Assembly: GCA_934130175.1 (NCBI GenBank)
Contig: CAKOXP010000007.1
Coordinates: 6,344 to 70,343, forward strand
Direction of reading: 5' to 3'
Origin: an uncultured Bacilli bacterium
GTDB taxonomy: Bacteria > Bacillota_I > Bacilli_A > RF39 > UBA660
Length of the DNA: 64,000 nt
Both the position numbers and the translations under genes were made by a program. Within the stretch, counting starts at the first letter, position 1, and each line of letters begins with the position of its first letter. This document shows, piece by piece, positions 30,773 to 39,522 of this stretch. A model generated the notes under the pieces. It saw nothing but the letters and a program-made list of their open reading frames with translations. It was not told the origin of the DNA and ran no database searches.

Positions 30773-31624
30773 CTACCTCCTAATTAAACATCTTATATAC
30801 AAAATAAATAAATAAAATTTATCTGTTAAGTATAAAAGTGCCATTTGTATAAAATTTCCTTTTAGATAGTTTTTTACAAAATATCTTTGACTCGATTTTA
30901 ATATTCGATGTTTTCCTACCCTTTTTATACTTTTATCAATAGATACTGAATGATCATGAATTATTTCTACTTTATTATTAATAGCTTCATGTTTTTTACT
31001 TTCAATAACTTTTTTAGCAAAAATTTGTTCTTCATAATATAAAAATGTATTTTCATCAAAAAAGTCTACACTTTTTAAAAAGATAGAATCTACCATAAAG
31101 AAACATCCTGATACTACATCTACTATAGAGATATCATCTTTATAATGTTCTTCTTTATAAAGTAATTTTTTCTTCTTAAAGTATCTACTGATCAAGGGAA
31201 GATTAAATAAAATTTCACTATTTGCACTAGGCATCCTCCAGCCTCTATTTAGATTCCCATGCTCATTTATAACTGGGCCTACTACAACTATATCTTCCTT
31301 AAGTGTTGATGAAAGTAGCTTAATATATTTCTCATCTTTAATTATGATATCAGAGTTAGAGAAAATTATATTGGCATCACCTATTTTTTTAATTAAATAT
31401 TTTGCTCCAGCGTTAAGTCCTGCTGAAAAATGCCTACTACTATTTTTAATTATAGAGATTTTTTTGTCTTTAAACTTCTGAAGGTCTTTAAATGAAGAAT
31501 CAGTTGAATTGTTATCTACAACAACTATATGATCTATACATTTATAGTCTTTAATATTTTCAAGTAGTCTTTTAGTCATCTTATAATCATTGTAATTAAC
31601 TATTACAAAACCTATTTTCTTCAC
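30773..31624 (-). CDS. GT2 glycosyltransferase
   Basis: 283 aa, GTG start. [19 protein letters not shown] and VVVDNNSTD motifs. Confidence 0.6.
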   Translation of the reverse strand: MKKIGFVIVNYNDYKMTKRLLENIKDYKCIDHIVVVDNNSTDSSFKDLQKFKDKKISIIKNSSRHFSAGLNAGAKYLIKKIGDANIIFSNSDIIIKDEKYIKLLSSTLKEDIVVVGPVINEHGNLNRGWRMPSANSEILFNLPLISRYFKKKKLLYKEEHYKDDISIVDVVSGCFFMVDSIFLKSVDFFDENTFLYYEEQIFAKKVIESKKHEAINNKVEIIHDHSVSIDKSIKRVGKHRILKSSQRYFVKNYLKGNFIQMALLYLTDKFYLFILYIRCLIRR

Positions 31625-31651
31625 TCTATCACTTCTTTCATCATAATTTTA

Positions 31652-32917
31652 TTATATAGCTTTTTTCTTATTTAAACAACTCTTTTTGAGGTTTAGGAGT
31701 ATAACACATACAAAAATACTAACTGCTGGAGCAGTAATAATATGTCCTGAAAACAAAGAAAGGACAATAATTAGAAAAACACTTAAGATAAGCATAATAT
31801 TCTCATAATTAAGAATAATTTTATTTCTAAAAATATCTACTAAAATATAAATATAACAACTGAAGAAAATGATAAATCCTAGTATTCCTTGACTATAATA
31901 AATATCATAATAATCCATTTCTATTTGTTTTAGTTTCTTATTACTATTTTTTTCTAAATAACCTATACCCATTAGTTTTTGATAAGAACTTGATCTTTTA
32001 TAAAGTTTCTTTGTTTTTTTCTCAAAAGAAAGTCTTTGACTAAAGATAAAATGATCGATTAATTTTTCATCTTTAAAAACATCTACTATATTATCTACTT
32101 TTAAAAATTTTAGATGAGTCTTAATATTTTTATAAAAATTAGTTTTTGGAATAATTAAAACAATCAAAAAACTAACAATTATGAAAATAGTTATTAGAGA
32201 AAAAACTGCTTTATATTTTTTTGTTTTGATGAGTTTTACTATAATATAGATAAGTGCTGTTAAGATAGATATTATTAATGAAAGTAACGGTGTTTTAGTA
32301 CCTACCATTAAAATAACTACTCCATAAATAAATGAAAATATTACTTTTAATATTAAGTGTTTTTTTGAATTATAAATTATAAATATAATTGGGGTTAAAA
32401 TTGAAATAATTCCACTTATTTCATTAGCTGAATTAAAAAAACCTAGTGTTCCCTTTTTAGTTATTTCATAAGTTTTATACCCAGTATTTGTTATATATGG
32501 AATAAAAATTAGTAATATATATATAACAAGTGTTGAAAATAAAATCTTATTTGAAATATTAATATCATCTTTTATTTGATAGAAAGAAAGTAAAAGAATT
32601 GGAAAGTAAAATACTCTAATGAATCCCTGGATTTCACCTAATAGAAAAACGTTTTTATTATAAAGATAAAATCCTAATAGATAAAAACAAAAATAGATAA
32701 AAATAATTCCATAATATAATAATAGTTTCTTCTTTTTATAGACAAATATAAGTGTGTACATGATAAATATCAAAAACAAAATTCTTACAATAATACCAAC
32801 TGTTATTTGACTTTTTAATAAATGAATCCCTACTCCTGTTATTAAATCTAAAACTGGTTGAAGAAGTATAAAGATACAAAGTATTAAATTAATGTTTTTC
32901 TTAATAAAATTATTCAT
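31652..32917 (-). CDS. O-antigen ligase/polymerase-like polytopic membrane protein
   Basis: ORF track runs to 32947. The ATG at 32917 has SD AGGAGA 7 nt upstream. About 10-12 TM helices with one larger loop. Assignment rests on architecture and context only. Confidence 0.45.
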   Translation of the reverse strand: MNNFIKKNINLILCIFILLQPVLDLITGVGIHLLKSQITVGIIVRILFLIFIMYTLIFVYKKKKLLLYYGIIFIYFCFYLLGFYLYNKNVFLLGEIQGFIRVFYFPILLLSFYQIKDDINISNKILFSTLVIYILLIFIPYITNTGYKTYEITKKGTLGFFNSANEISGIISILTPIIFIIYNSKKHLILKVIFSFIYGVVILMVGTKTPLLSLIISILTALIYIIVKLIKTKKYKAVFSLITIFIIVSFLIVLIIPKTNFYKNIKTHLKFLKVDNIVDVFKDEKLIDHFIFSQRLSFEKKTKKLYKRSSSYQKLMGIGYLEKNSNKKLKQIEMDYYDIYYSQGILGFIIFFSCYIYILVDIFRNKIILNYENIMLILSVFLIIVLSLFSGHIITAPAVSIFVCVILLNLKKSCLNKKKAI

Positions 32918-33089
32918 AGTTTTATCTCCTATATTTATTTTTTTCATTATAACATGATTTATCTAATTAAGTCTATTTTTACTTGTTTTTAAGTTTACAA
33001 ACCACTGGACATAACTTAACAGTTTATTTACATGTAAAGATTTATATTTTTTCATCTTTATTATATAATTAAGTAAAGGTAGTGATTGA

Positions 33090-34925
33090 ATGAAGAAAAA
33101 ATCAAATATATTTTTAAATATACTTTTAGGAATTGTCTTAACATCAAGTATTTCTTATTTTATAATTACTCTTCTTAATAGAGAAAACAGTGTTAATTTT
33201 ATAATATCTTTAATTAGTAGCTTATTGCTTTTTATATTTACTTGTTTCTTTGTTATAACAGAATCAACTAATCCAACCAAGAAAAAAGCAAAAATTTATG
33301 GAAGTGTATTTTTATTTTTATTATATTTGGCTTTTGTAATAACTAATTCTCTAAATCTATTACCTACTAGTAAATTAGGTACGGTAGAAGATTTTACGAA
33401 TAAGAGTTTAACCGAGGTTATTAAATGGAGTGAAAAAAATCATATTGAAATTGATCAAGTATATGAGTACAGTGATTTAGTAGATGAATATCACATAATT
33501 AGTCAAAGTAAAAATAGTAATACAACTCTTAAAAATCTAAAAAAATTAACTGTTGTAGTTTCAGAAGGTCCTAACCCTTACAAAGAAGTTATTGTTCCAA
33601 ATATGAATACTTGGACTTCTAAGAAAGTATTAGAATTTATTGAAAAAAATAATTTAAGTAATGTTGATATTTCTTTCGTGGAATCTGATAAGATTAAGAA
33701 CACTTTAATAGAACAAAGTACTAGTGGTACTATGAAAAGATGTGACGAATTAAAACTTACTTTTTCTTCTGGAGATAATGAGAAAGAAGATGTTACTCTT
33801 ATAGACTTAAGTAATAAAACAAAATTAGAAGCTATTTTCTTTTTAAAGGAAAATGGAATTGATTATGACTTAGAATCTGACTTTTCTAGTAGTATCAAAA
33901 GAGAGAAAGTAATAAAAACAGATCCAAAGGAAGGCACTGTTTTCAAAAAAGATGATGAAAATAGGCACTTAAAACTAATTATTAGTAAAGGTGGAAAAAT
34001 AAAAGTTCCGGATTTAAAAAATTATAGTATGTCTAAAATAACTGAATGGGTTATTAAGAATAAATTAAGATTAGAATTTACTGATAAGTATGATGATAAT
34101 ATAAAAGAAAATAAAGTTATTTCTGCTAACTACAATAAAGGTGATGTAATTGAAGAAAAAACGACTATTAAAATTGTTATTTCAAAAGGTAAATTATTAA
34201 TGCAAAGCTTTGACTCTTTAGATGAATTTAAGGACTGGGCAAATAAATATGGGGTTAATTATGAAGAAAAGTATGTTTTCAATAGTGAAGTTGAAAGTGG
34301 TAAAGTAATTTCCTATTCTCATAAAAAAGGAGATACTATTAAAAATGATGATACAGTTATAGTTACTATTTCTCAAGGTGAAAAAACAACAGTTCCTAAT
34401 GTTGTTGGAAAAAGCAAAGAAGACGCTATTAAATTACTTGAAAAAGCAAAGCTTAAATATAATTTTGTATATGAAGCTAGTACTAAAGATAAAAATATTG
34501 TTTTAAAACAATCACTTTCTGCTAACAGTGAAATCAGTAAGAATACAACTATTACGATTACTTTAAGCAATGGTAAGAAGCCAACAACAACTACAAATAA
34601 TTCTAATAGTAATAGAAATAATTCAAATAATAATACCAATAATGGTGGTAATAGTAATAACAATAATAGTGGTAATACCACTCCTTCTACTCCTACTTGT
34701 GATAAATCAATAACTGAAAAGGTATTTATTTATGATGAATTACTAGCTGATTCAGCATCTGCTACTTGTGGTAACATTAAGAAAGCTTATCCTAATTTGA
34801 AATTTAGTTGTTCTTATAAAACTGGTACTGGAATGTCTTCTGGATTGTTAATTAACTCTTCTAGTATTGATAATCATAGTTTTAACAGATGTGACACTAT
34901 TAGTTTGGAGATTAGTCAAAATTAG
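33090..34925 (+). CDS. Membrane protein with six PASTA-like repeats, an N/S/T-rich linker and a 4-Cys C-terminal domain; no kinase or transpeptidase domain
   Basis: 611 aa. Three N-terminal TM helices. Repeats of about 65 aa such as KVPDLKNYSMSKITEWVIKNKL...IKIVISKG and TVPNVVGKSKEDAIKLLEKAKL...ITITLSNG. Linker TTTTNNSNSNRNNSNNNTNNGGNSNNNNSGNTTPSTPT. Confidence 0.6.
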   Translation: MKKKSNIFLNILLGIVLTSSISYFIITLLNRENSVNFIISLISSLLLFIFTCFFVITESTNPTKKKAKIYGSVFLFLLYLAFVITNSLNLLPTSKLGTVEDFTNKSLTEVIKWSEKNHIEIDQVYEYSDLVDEYHIISQSKNSNTTLKNLKKLTVVVSEGPNPYKEVIVPNMNTWTSKKVLEFIEKNNLSNVDISFVESDKIKNTLIEQSTSGTMKRCDELKLTFSSGDNEKEDVTLIDLSNKTKLEAIFFLKENGIDYDLESDFSSSIKREKVIKTDPKEGTVFKKDDENRHLKLIISKGGKIKVPDLKNYSMSKITEWVIKNKLRLEFTDKYDDNIKENKVISANYNKGDVIEEKTTIKIVISKGKLLMQSFDSLDEFKDWANKYGVNYEEKYVFNSEVESGKVISYSHKKGDTIKNDDTVIVTISQGEKTTVPNVVGKSKEDAIKLLEKAKLKYNFVYEASTKDKNIVLKQSLSANSEISKNTTITITLSNGKKPTTTTNNSNSNRNNSNNNTNNGGNSNNNNSGNTTPSTPTCDKSITEKVFIYDELLADSASATCGNIKKAYPNLKFSCSYKTGTGMSSGLLINSSSIDNHSFNRCDTISLEISQN

Positions 34926-34930
34926 AAATG

Positions 34931-34964
34931 AAACTACTGATAAAAAATCGGTAGTTTTTATTTT
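34931..34964 (+). terminator. Rho-independent terminator of the PASTA gene
   Basis: Stem AAACTACTGAT/ATCGGTAGTTT (one G-T wobble), followed by a T-run. Confidence 0.6.
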
Positions 34965-35031
34965 GATATTAGGTTGATATTATCTTTTTATTTTACATTT
35001 TTGCATACTTTATTATAGGAGGAAAGGTAAA

Positions 35032-35817
35032 ATGAATAACTGTAAAGATAACAAACCTTGTTTTAAGTATCCAAAAACGATAATATGTATAGGACCTACA
35101 GGAAGTTCAGATACTATAATGGTTAACTCTACAACAACAGTAGAGCCTTGTGACGAAGCAAAGGTTATTGATACAAAAATCGGAAACACTCATAAACTAG
35201 ATTTTGTTATTCCTAGAGGATATGATGGTGCGGTTGGTCCAACTGGACCTATTGGGCCTCAAGGAATTCAAGGAGAACAAGGACCGATTGGTCCAACTGG
35301 GCCTGTTAATACATCTATTTTTGCTGCTTACTTAGTAACATTTAATAATGGAACTACCACAGAAGAAGGAATTACAGTACTAGATGGGGATAGACTTCCG
35401 ATAGATAGATCAGAAATTGATGTAAGTAATTTAGTGACTTTAGATACTGACGAAGAAACTATTAAATTTAATAAAGCTGGATATTATAAAATATCTTTTA
35501 CAATATCTGCAAGTATCGATGAAGAAGCTGTATTTGATCCAAAGAAAGATTTTGTTGCCTTAGGTTTTAGAAAGATAGATACTGATAATATTTATATTGG
35601 TACAAGTAAATGGATATATGATGGAAGACCAACACAACTAGTGGGACAAGGAATTATTGTTGTTGAAGATACTAATAATCTATATGAACTTGTTAACGTA
35701 AGTAAAAGGGATATTAAATTAGTTGCTCCAGAAATTGAAAATTTAGGAACAAAATCATATTTTACAAATACTATAGTAAATATAGTTATCGAATACCTAG
35801 GTCGTATGGGTGCATAA
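35032..35817 (+). CDS. Collagen-like triple-helix repeat protein with a BclA/C1q-like C-terminal domain (candidate spore-surface protein)
   Basis: 261 aa. Nine uninterrupted G-X-Y triplets (GAVGPTGPIGPQGIQGEQGPIGPTGPV). The C-terminal domain of about 170 aa has the AGYYKISFTISA strand pattern. SD AGGAGG. Confidence 0.7.
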   Translation: MNNCKDNKPCFKYPKTIICIGPTGSSDTIMVNSTTTVEPCDEAKVIDTKIGNTHKLDFVIPRGYDGAVGPTGPIGPQGIQGEQGPIGPTGPVNTSIFAAYLVTFNNGTTTEEGITVLDGDRLPIDRSEIDVSNLVTLDTDEETIKFNKAGYYKISFTISASIDEEAVFDPKKDFVALGFRKIDTDNIYIGTSKWIYDGRPTQLVGQGIIVVEDTNNLYELVNVSKRDIKLVAPEIENLGTKSYFTNTIVNIVIEYLGRMGA

Positions 35818-35843
35818 AAAAAATCTCAAATTGAGATTTTTTT
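35816..35843. terminator. Bidirectional terminator between convergent genes
   Basis: AAAAAAATCTCA-AAT-TGAGATTTTTTT, a perfect inverted repeat flanked by A and T runs. Confidence 0.6.
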
Positions 35844-35871
35844 ATTTACTGATTTTTTTGGCTTATTCTTC

Positions 35872-36501
35872 TTATTTTAAAATTGAAAAAAGAATAATAG
35901 TAATAAGTATTATTACTATAACACCAATAGTTAATATAATTGCAAGATAATTACTAATTCCATCAGTATTAAGAATTTTTTTATCTATTACTTCAGTATT
36001 TTCACCAGTGGAAATCATTTTTTTAATTTTGTTTGAAAGTTCTATATCAATACCAATTAAAATTAAACTATCATTCATATTATTTTTTATAATAAAGTTA
36101 GCTTTATTTTCATCAAGTAATTCTACAGATGAACTTATAATTTTGTTTTCTCTATCATAATCTTTTATCATTGGAAGTAAAAAACTATCAATAAAGTTAT
36201 TGTTATAATCAAAGGTTCTTTCTTTTCTTGATTGTTCTTTTCCATTTAAATCTCTAACTATAAAGTTATGGATACATTTATTATTTATTACAGAAAAAGT
36301 TGAAATAATAGAATTATTAGAAGTAGTCATCTTATAACCAGATACAAGCTCATTTCTATAGTCATTATAATCTATTGAAACGGCCTCTACTCGACCATTT
36401 TCATCTACGGCTATAGTTTCTATTTGAGGTTGCTCAATACTTTCTGTAACAAAACTACGATTATTAACATTCATATCATCTAACTTTTCTGTTTCTTTCA
36501 T
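35872..36501 (-). CDS. Tail-anchored membrane protein (209 aa), function unknown
   Basis: Single C-terminal TM helix (NYLAIILTIGVIVIILITIILFSIL). SD AGGAGA. Last gene of a tight three-gene operon. Confidence 0.5.
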   Translation of the reverse strand: MKETEKLDDMNVNNRSFVTESIEQPQIETIAVDENGRVEAVSIDYNDYRNELVSGYKMTTSNNSIISTFSVINNKCIHNFIVRDLNGKEQSRKERTFDYNNNFIDSFLLPMIKDYDRENKIISSSVELLDENKANFIIKNNMNDSLILIGIDIELSNKIKKMISTGENTEVIDKKILNTDGISNYLAIILTIGVIVIILITIILFSILK

Positions 36502-36513
36502 AAGCTTCTCCTA

Positions 36514-37383
36514 TTATATATTTATATCCACTTTAGCTTTTTCTAATTCTTTTTTCTGGTTTTCTCTTTGTCTTTTTTTTGCCTCATTAATTCTGTAAGT
36601 TTTAGCCTCTCTTATAACACCTTCTTGACGATGCTTAGATAAAGCAAGTTTCATATATTGATCACTTCTTACAATGATACCTCTTGGCTTTTCTTCATCT
36701 TCTTTTATTATCTTTGAATTAAAATCATCTAAAATATTTTCATTTTCATCATTTTCTTCTTCATCATTTTGATTAGAACTAGACTCTAAATCATTGATTT
36801 CTTCTTCATTAAAATCTTCATCTAGAGTATTTGATTCTAAATCTAGGTTACTATCATCATCTGAAGTATCTGATAATTGAAGTTGATTGTCATTATCTCT
36901 AGTTAAAACACCGTTTGCCTTAAGCTTATCAAATAATTTTACAGGTACATAAGCAAAATTAACTCTTTTTTTATCACAATCCAAATAATATTTTTCTAAA
37001 TTTGGAGTATCATCTACATTTTCAGAGTTATTCTCGGTATTTTCTTCATTAGTTTCTGTAGATTCATCTTCTTTTATACTATCAGATTTTTTATTTTCAA
37101 CTAAATTTAGAATTTTGCTTTCTTCTTCTAATTCTGGAAGCTTAGGATTACTAAGTTTTACTATATCTAAATCTTCATCTTTTATATCACTAATATATAA
37201 AGACTCTATTTCATCTAATAACATTAAAGCAATATCTTTCATTTCTATAAACTTATTTAAGTGTTCATTTCTTTTACTTTCATCTTGTTCTAGACCAATA
37301 ATCTGTTCCTGGTTTTCATATATATCAAATAAATTAGCTTTAATCCCATTTAAGGAACTCTTATAATCAAATATATTACTCAT
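36514..37383 (-). CDS. Highly acidic D/E/N-rich protein (289 aa) with a basic C-terminal tail, function unknown
   Basis: Long ORF lying 13 nt after the DUF1292 gene. No recognisable motif. Confidence 0.5.
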   Translation of the reverse strand: MSNIFDYKSSLNGIKANLFDIYENQEQIIGLEQDESKRNEHLNKFIEMKDIALMLLDEIESLYISDIKDEDLDIVKLSNPKLPELEEESKILNLVENKKSDSIKEDESTETNEENTENNSENVDDTPNLEKYYLDCDKKRVNFAYVPVKLFDKLKANGVLTRDNDNQLQLSDTSDDDSNLDLESNTLDEDFNEEEINDLESSSNQNDEEENDENENILDDFNSKIIKEDEEKPRGIIVRSDQYMKLALSKHRQEGVIREAKTYRINEAKKRQRENQKKELEKAKVDINI

Positions 37384-37396
37384 TATAAATTCCTAC

Positions 37397-37657
37397 TTAA
37401 GCATTAGCTATTTCTTTTAATAGTCTTTGAACATCTTTCCACTCTGTATCGTCAACTATTTCTTCTAATTTTAAATTTTCTTCATCTTCTTTTATTTTTG
37501 ATATATAAATAATAACATCTCCATTAGGTTGAGTTTCCCCTTTGGTATAAACAAGATATTGATTCATGCTATCTTTACTATTTAGATAAGTAACTATTTC
37601 CACTTCCTCTTCAGTATTATCCTTATTAACTATAATAACTTTTTCGCTACCATCCAT
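37397..37657 (-). CDS. DUF1292 (UPF0473/YrzB-like) small acidic protein
   Basis: 86 aa. The pattern VIIVNKDNTEEEVEIV...QYLVYTKGE...IVDDTEWKDVQRLL matches my recollection of YrzB-type proteins. SD AGAGGGTG. Confidence 0.55.
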   Translation of the reverse strand: MDGSEKVIIVNKDNTEEEVEIVTYLNSKDSMNQYLVYTKGETQPNGDVIIYISKIKEDEENLKLEEIVDDTEWKDVQRLLKEIANA

Positions 37658-37740
37658 CTATTTCACCCTCTATTCTATAATATATATTATATAATATTTT
37701 TAATAATATTTCTATAGTTTTTCAAACTAAAAGAAAAAAA

Positions 37741-38538
37741 CTAGTTACTAGTTCTATTTCTTTTCCTTTGATATAGACAGTTATCTGCCTTTTTACTTAA
37801 TACTTTTCTTATTTCAGTACTGTTTTTACTCTTATCTTCATTATCTAAAAAATGACTATAGCCAATACTTATAGATACAGATACATTTTTGTCTTCATAT
37901 GAAAAACAGCTGTTGCTAATTTTTGAAGATATTTCTTCCATTTTTTGTTTTGTTTCCTCTAAAGTTACATTTTTAAGAAGAATTAGAAATTCATCTCTAC
38001 CAAATCTTAATATTATATCACTAGATCTTGTATCAAAGATATCATCAGATTGTTTAGTCGAACTAAGTATAATTTTACTTATTAGTTTTAATACTAAATC
38101 TCCACAGTTATGTCCAAAATTATCATTGATTTCCTTAAAATTATCTACGTCTGCCGCAAGTAGGCTAAAACTTTGATTTTCTAAGATAGCATAATCAATA
38201 TAATCTTCCATTAGTTTTGATGCTTCATTTCTATCTTTGATAAGTCCTGTCAATGAATCCCTTTTTAAATAATATAATTCTTTTTGAAATTCAGTAATAT
38301 CTACTAAATACTCAACATCTATACCATTAACTACTCTTTTAATCAGTTTATACCATGTTTTACTTGGTTTATGATAATACCTATTTTTATCTCTAATACT
38401 ACTATTTATTATTTGACTATATATAGGAATTACTTCTTCATTATTAGTTTCTAATATTTGTCCTCTACTGTCTTTTTCTATGTAAATGATATTTTCTGAT
38501 TTAAAAAATTCATCTAATATAGTTTCCTTTTTTTGCAT
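37741..38538 (-). CDS. GGDEF-domain protein with variant active site GRDEF, an intact RxxD I-site and an unassigned N-terminal domain of about 95 aa
   Basis: 265 aa. Motifs DSLTGL, DVDNFKEINDNFGHNCGD and RSSD-IILRF-GRDEF (GGT AGA GAT GAA TTT at 37987..38001), plus ADNCLYQRK. SD GAGGAG. Lies 25 nt downstream of the alarmone synthetase gene. Confidence 0.8.
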   Translation of the reverse strand: MQKKETILDEFFKSENIIYIEKDSRGQILETNNEEVIPIYSQIINSSIRDKNRYYHKPSKTWYKLIKRVVNGIDVEYLVDITEFQKELYYLKRDSLTGLIKDRNEASKLMEDYIDYAILENQSFSLLAADVDNFKEINDNFGHNCGDLVLKLISKIILSSTKQSDDIFDTRSSDIILRFGRDEFLILLKNVTLEETKQKMEEISSKISNSCFSYEDKNVSVSISIGYSHFLDNEDKSKNSTEIRKVLSKKADNCLYQRKRNRTSN

Positions 38539-38563
38539 ACAACCTTACTCCTCTTGAATTTTT

Positions 38564-39178
38564 TTATATAAGTTTTTGTTTTAAGGCTTCCATCTTAACA
38601 TCTAGATCTCTAATAACTTGAGAACAGCTGTAAACTTCATCAATGATATTTTCTGGAATATCTTTCTTTTTCTTATAACGCAACTTATGATCTAGACTAG
38701 CCCAAAAATCCATAGCAATCGTTCTTATTTGAATTTCGGCCTCAATATATTCTACTCTCTCTTGAAGACGTAGTGGAACCAAAACATTCATATGATAACT
38801 AATATATCCAGAATCTTTTGGATTAGTAATATAATCCGTTTCTTCCTTGATTTTAAATAATTTTGAAGTTTTTAAAACATTGACTATAGACTTTACATCA
38901 GATAAAAAAGAACAAACAATACGTATTCCAACCATATCATGAACATGATTAACTAAATTATCTGTAGTTAATTCATATCCCCTTTTTTCCAACTTTTTAA
39001 TTACACTTTCACTAGACTTTATACGTGATTTAATATGCTCAACAGGATTATAATTATGTTTAAATTCATAATCTTTTAACAAAACTTTTAATTCTGTTTC
39101 TAGTATTTCTTTAGCAAAATCATACTTTAATAAAACCGCATCAATATTATCATTATCCTTAAATTTTTGATAATCCAT
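38564..39178 (-). CDS. Small alarmone synthetase (GTP pyrophosphokinase, RelQ/RelP type)
   Basis: ORF track runs to 39187 (TTG). The ATG at 39178 has SD AAAGGAA. Motifs HIKSRIKSSESVIKKL, HDMVGIRIVCSF, SGYISYHMNV and EIQIRTIAMDFWASLDHKLRYK. Confidence 0.85.
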   Translation of the reverse strand: MDYQKFKDNDNIDAVLLKYDFAKEILETELKVLLKDYEFKHNYNPVEHIKSRIKSSESVIKKLEKRGYELTTDNLVNHVHDMVGIRIVCSFLSDVKSIVNVLKTSKLFKIKEETDYITNPKDSGYISYHMNVLVPLRLQERVEYIEAEIQIRTIAMDFWASLDHKLRYKKKKDIPENIIDEVYSCSQVIRDLDVKMEALKQKLI

Positions 39179-39258
39179 ATAAAACAATTCCTTTCTTCAA
39201 AGTAGAACAAAAAAGACCAAGTATTAACCTGACTTTTACTACTACTTAATATTATATG

Positions 39259-39522
39259 CTACTTATTTGTATTTAGGTAATAATCTCTCTCAGAAATTGA
39301 TTTAGAGATATTTTCCAAATCATCTAGATTATTATCTTCTGTTAATATGTCTTCAACTAGAAAAATTATATCTTTCAAACTAGTACAATTTAAATAATTA
39401 ATCTTGTATTTTTCTAAAACACTAATTTCATAATTAGTAAGAAAAAGACCATTACTACACTCTTTAAAACTGTTCTTAGTAAAATCAATTTCACTTATAA
39501 TTTTATCTATATCAAATTCCAT
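39259..39522 (-). CDS. Hypothetical acidic protein (87 aa)
   Basis: ORF with SD GAAGGA. No motif recognised. Confidence 0.4.
   Translation of the reverse strand: MEFDIDKIISEIDFTKNSFKECSNGLFLTNYEISVLEKYKINYLNCTSLKDIIFLVEDILTEDNNLDDLENISKSISERDYYLNTNK

Noticed and set aside
34585-34680. Repetitive AAT/AGT/AAC-rich DNA that looks like a simple-sequence or spacer-repeat array.
   Set aside because: It lies in frame within the PASTA protein and encodes an Asn/Ser/Thr/Gly-rich linker. It has no regular repeat-spacer periodicity, so it is coding low complexity and not a CRISPR array or satellite.
35004-35012. CATACTTTA upstream of the collagen-like gene as a SigK-type -10 element (CATA-N3-TA).
   Set aside because: A transcript starting about 7 nt downstream would begin inside the AGGAGG ribosome-binding site at 35017..35022. 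That position is incompatible with a functional promoter for this gene.
38564-39522. Possibility that the small alarmone synthetase is a toxSAS toxin with the neighbouring 87-aa ORF as its antitoxin.
   Set aside because: The enzyme has the length, N-terminus and motifs of housekeeping RelQ/RelP proteins. The 87-aa gene is separated from it by an 80-nt spacer rather than being tightly coupled, and it has no antitoxin-like motif I recognise. I saw no phage or mobile context.
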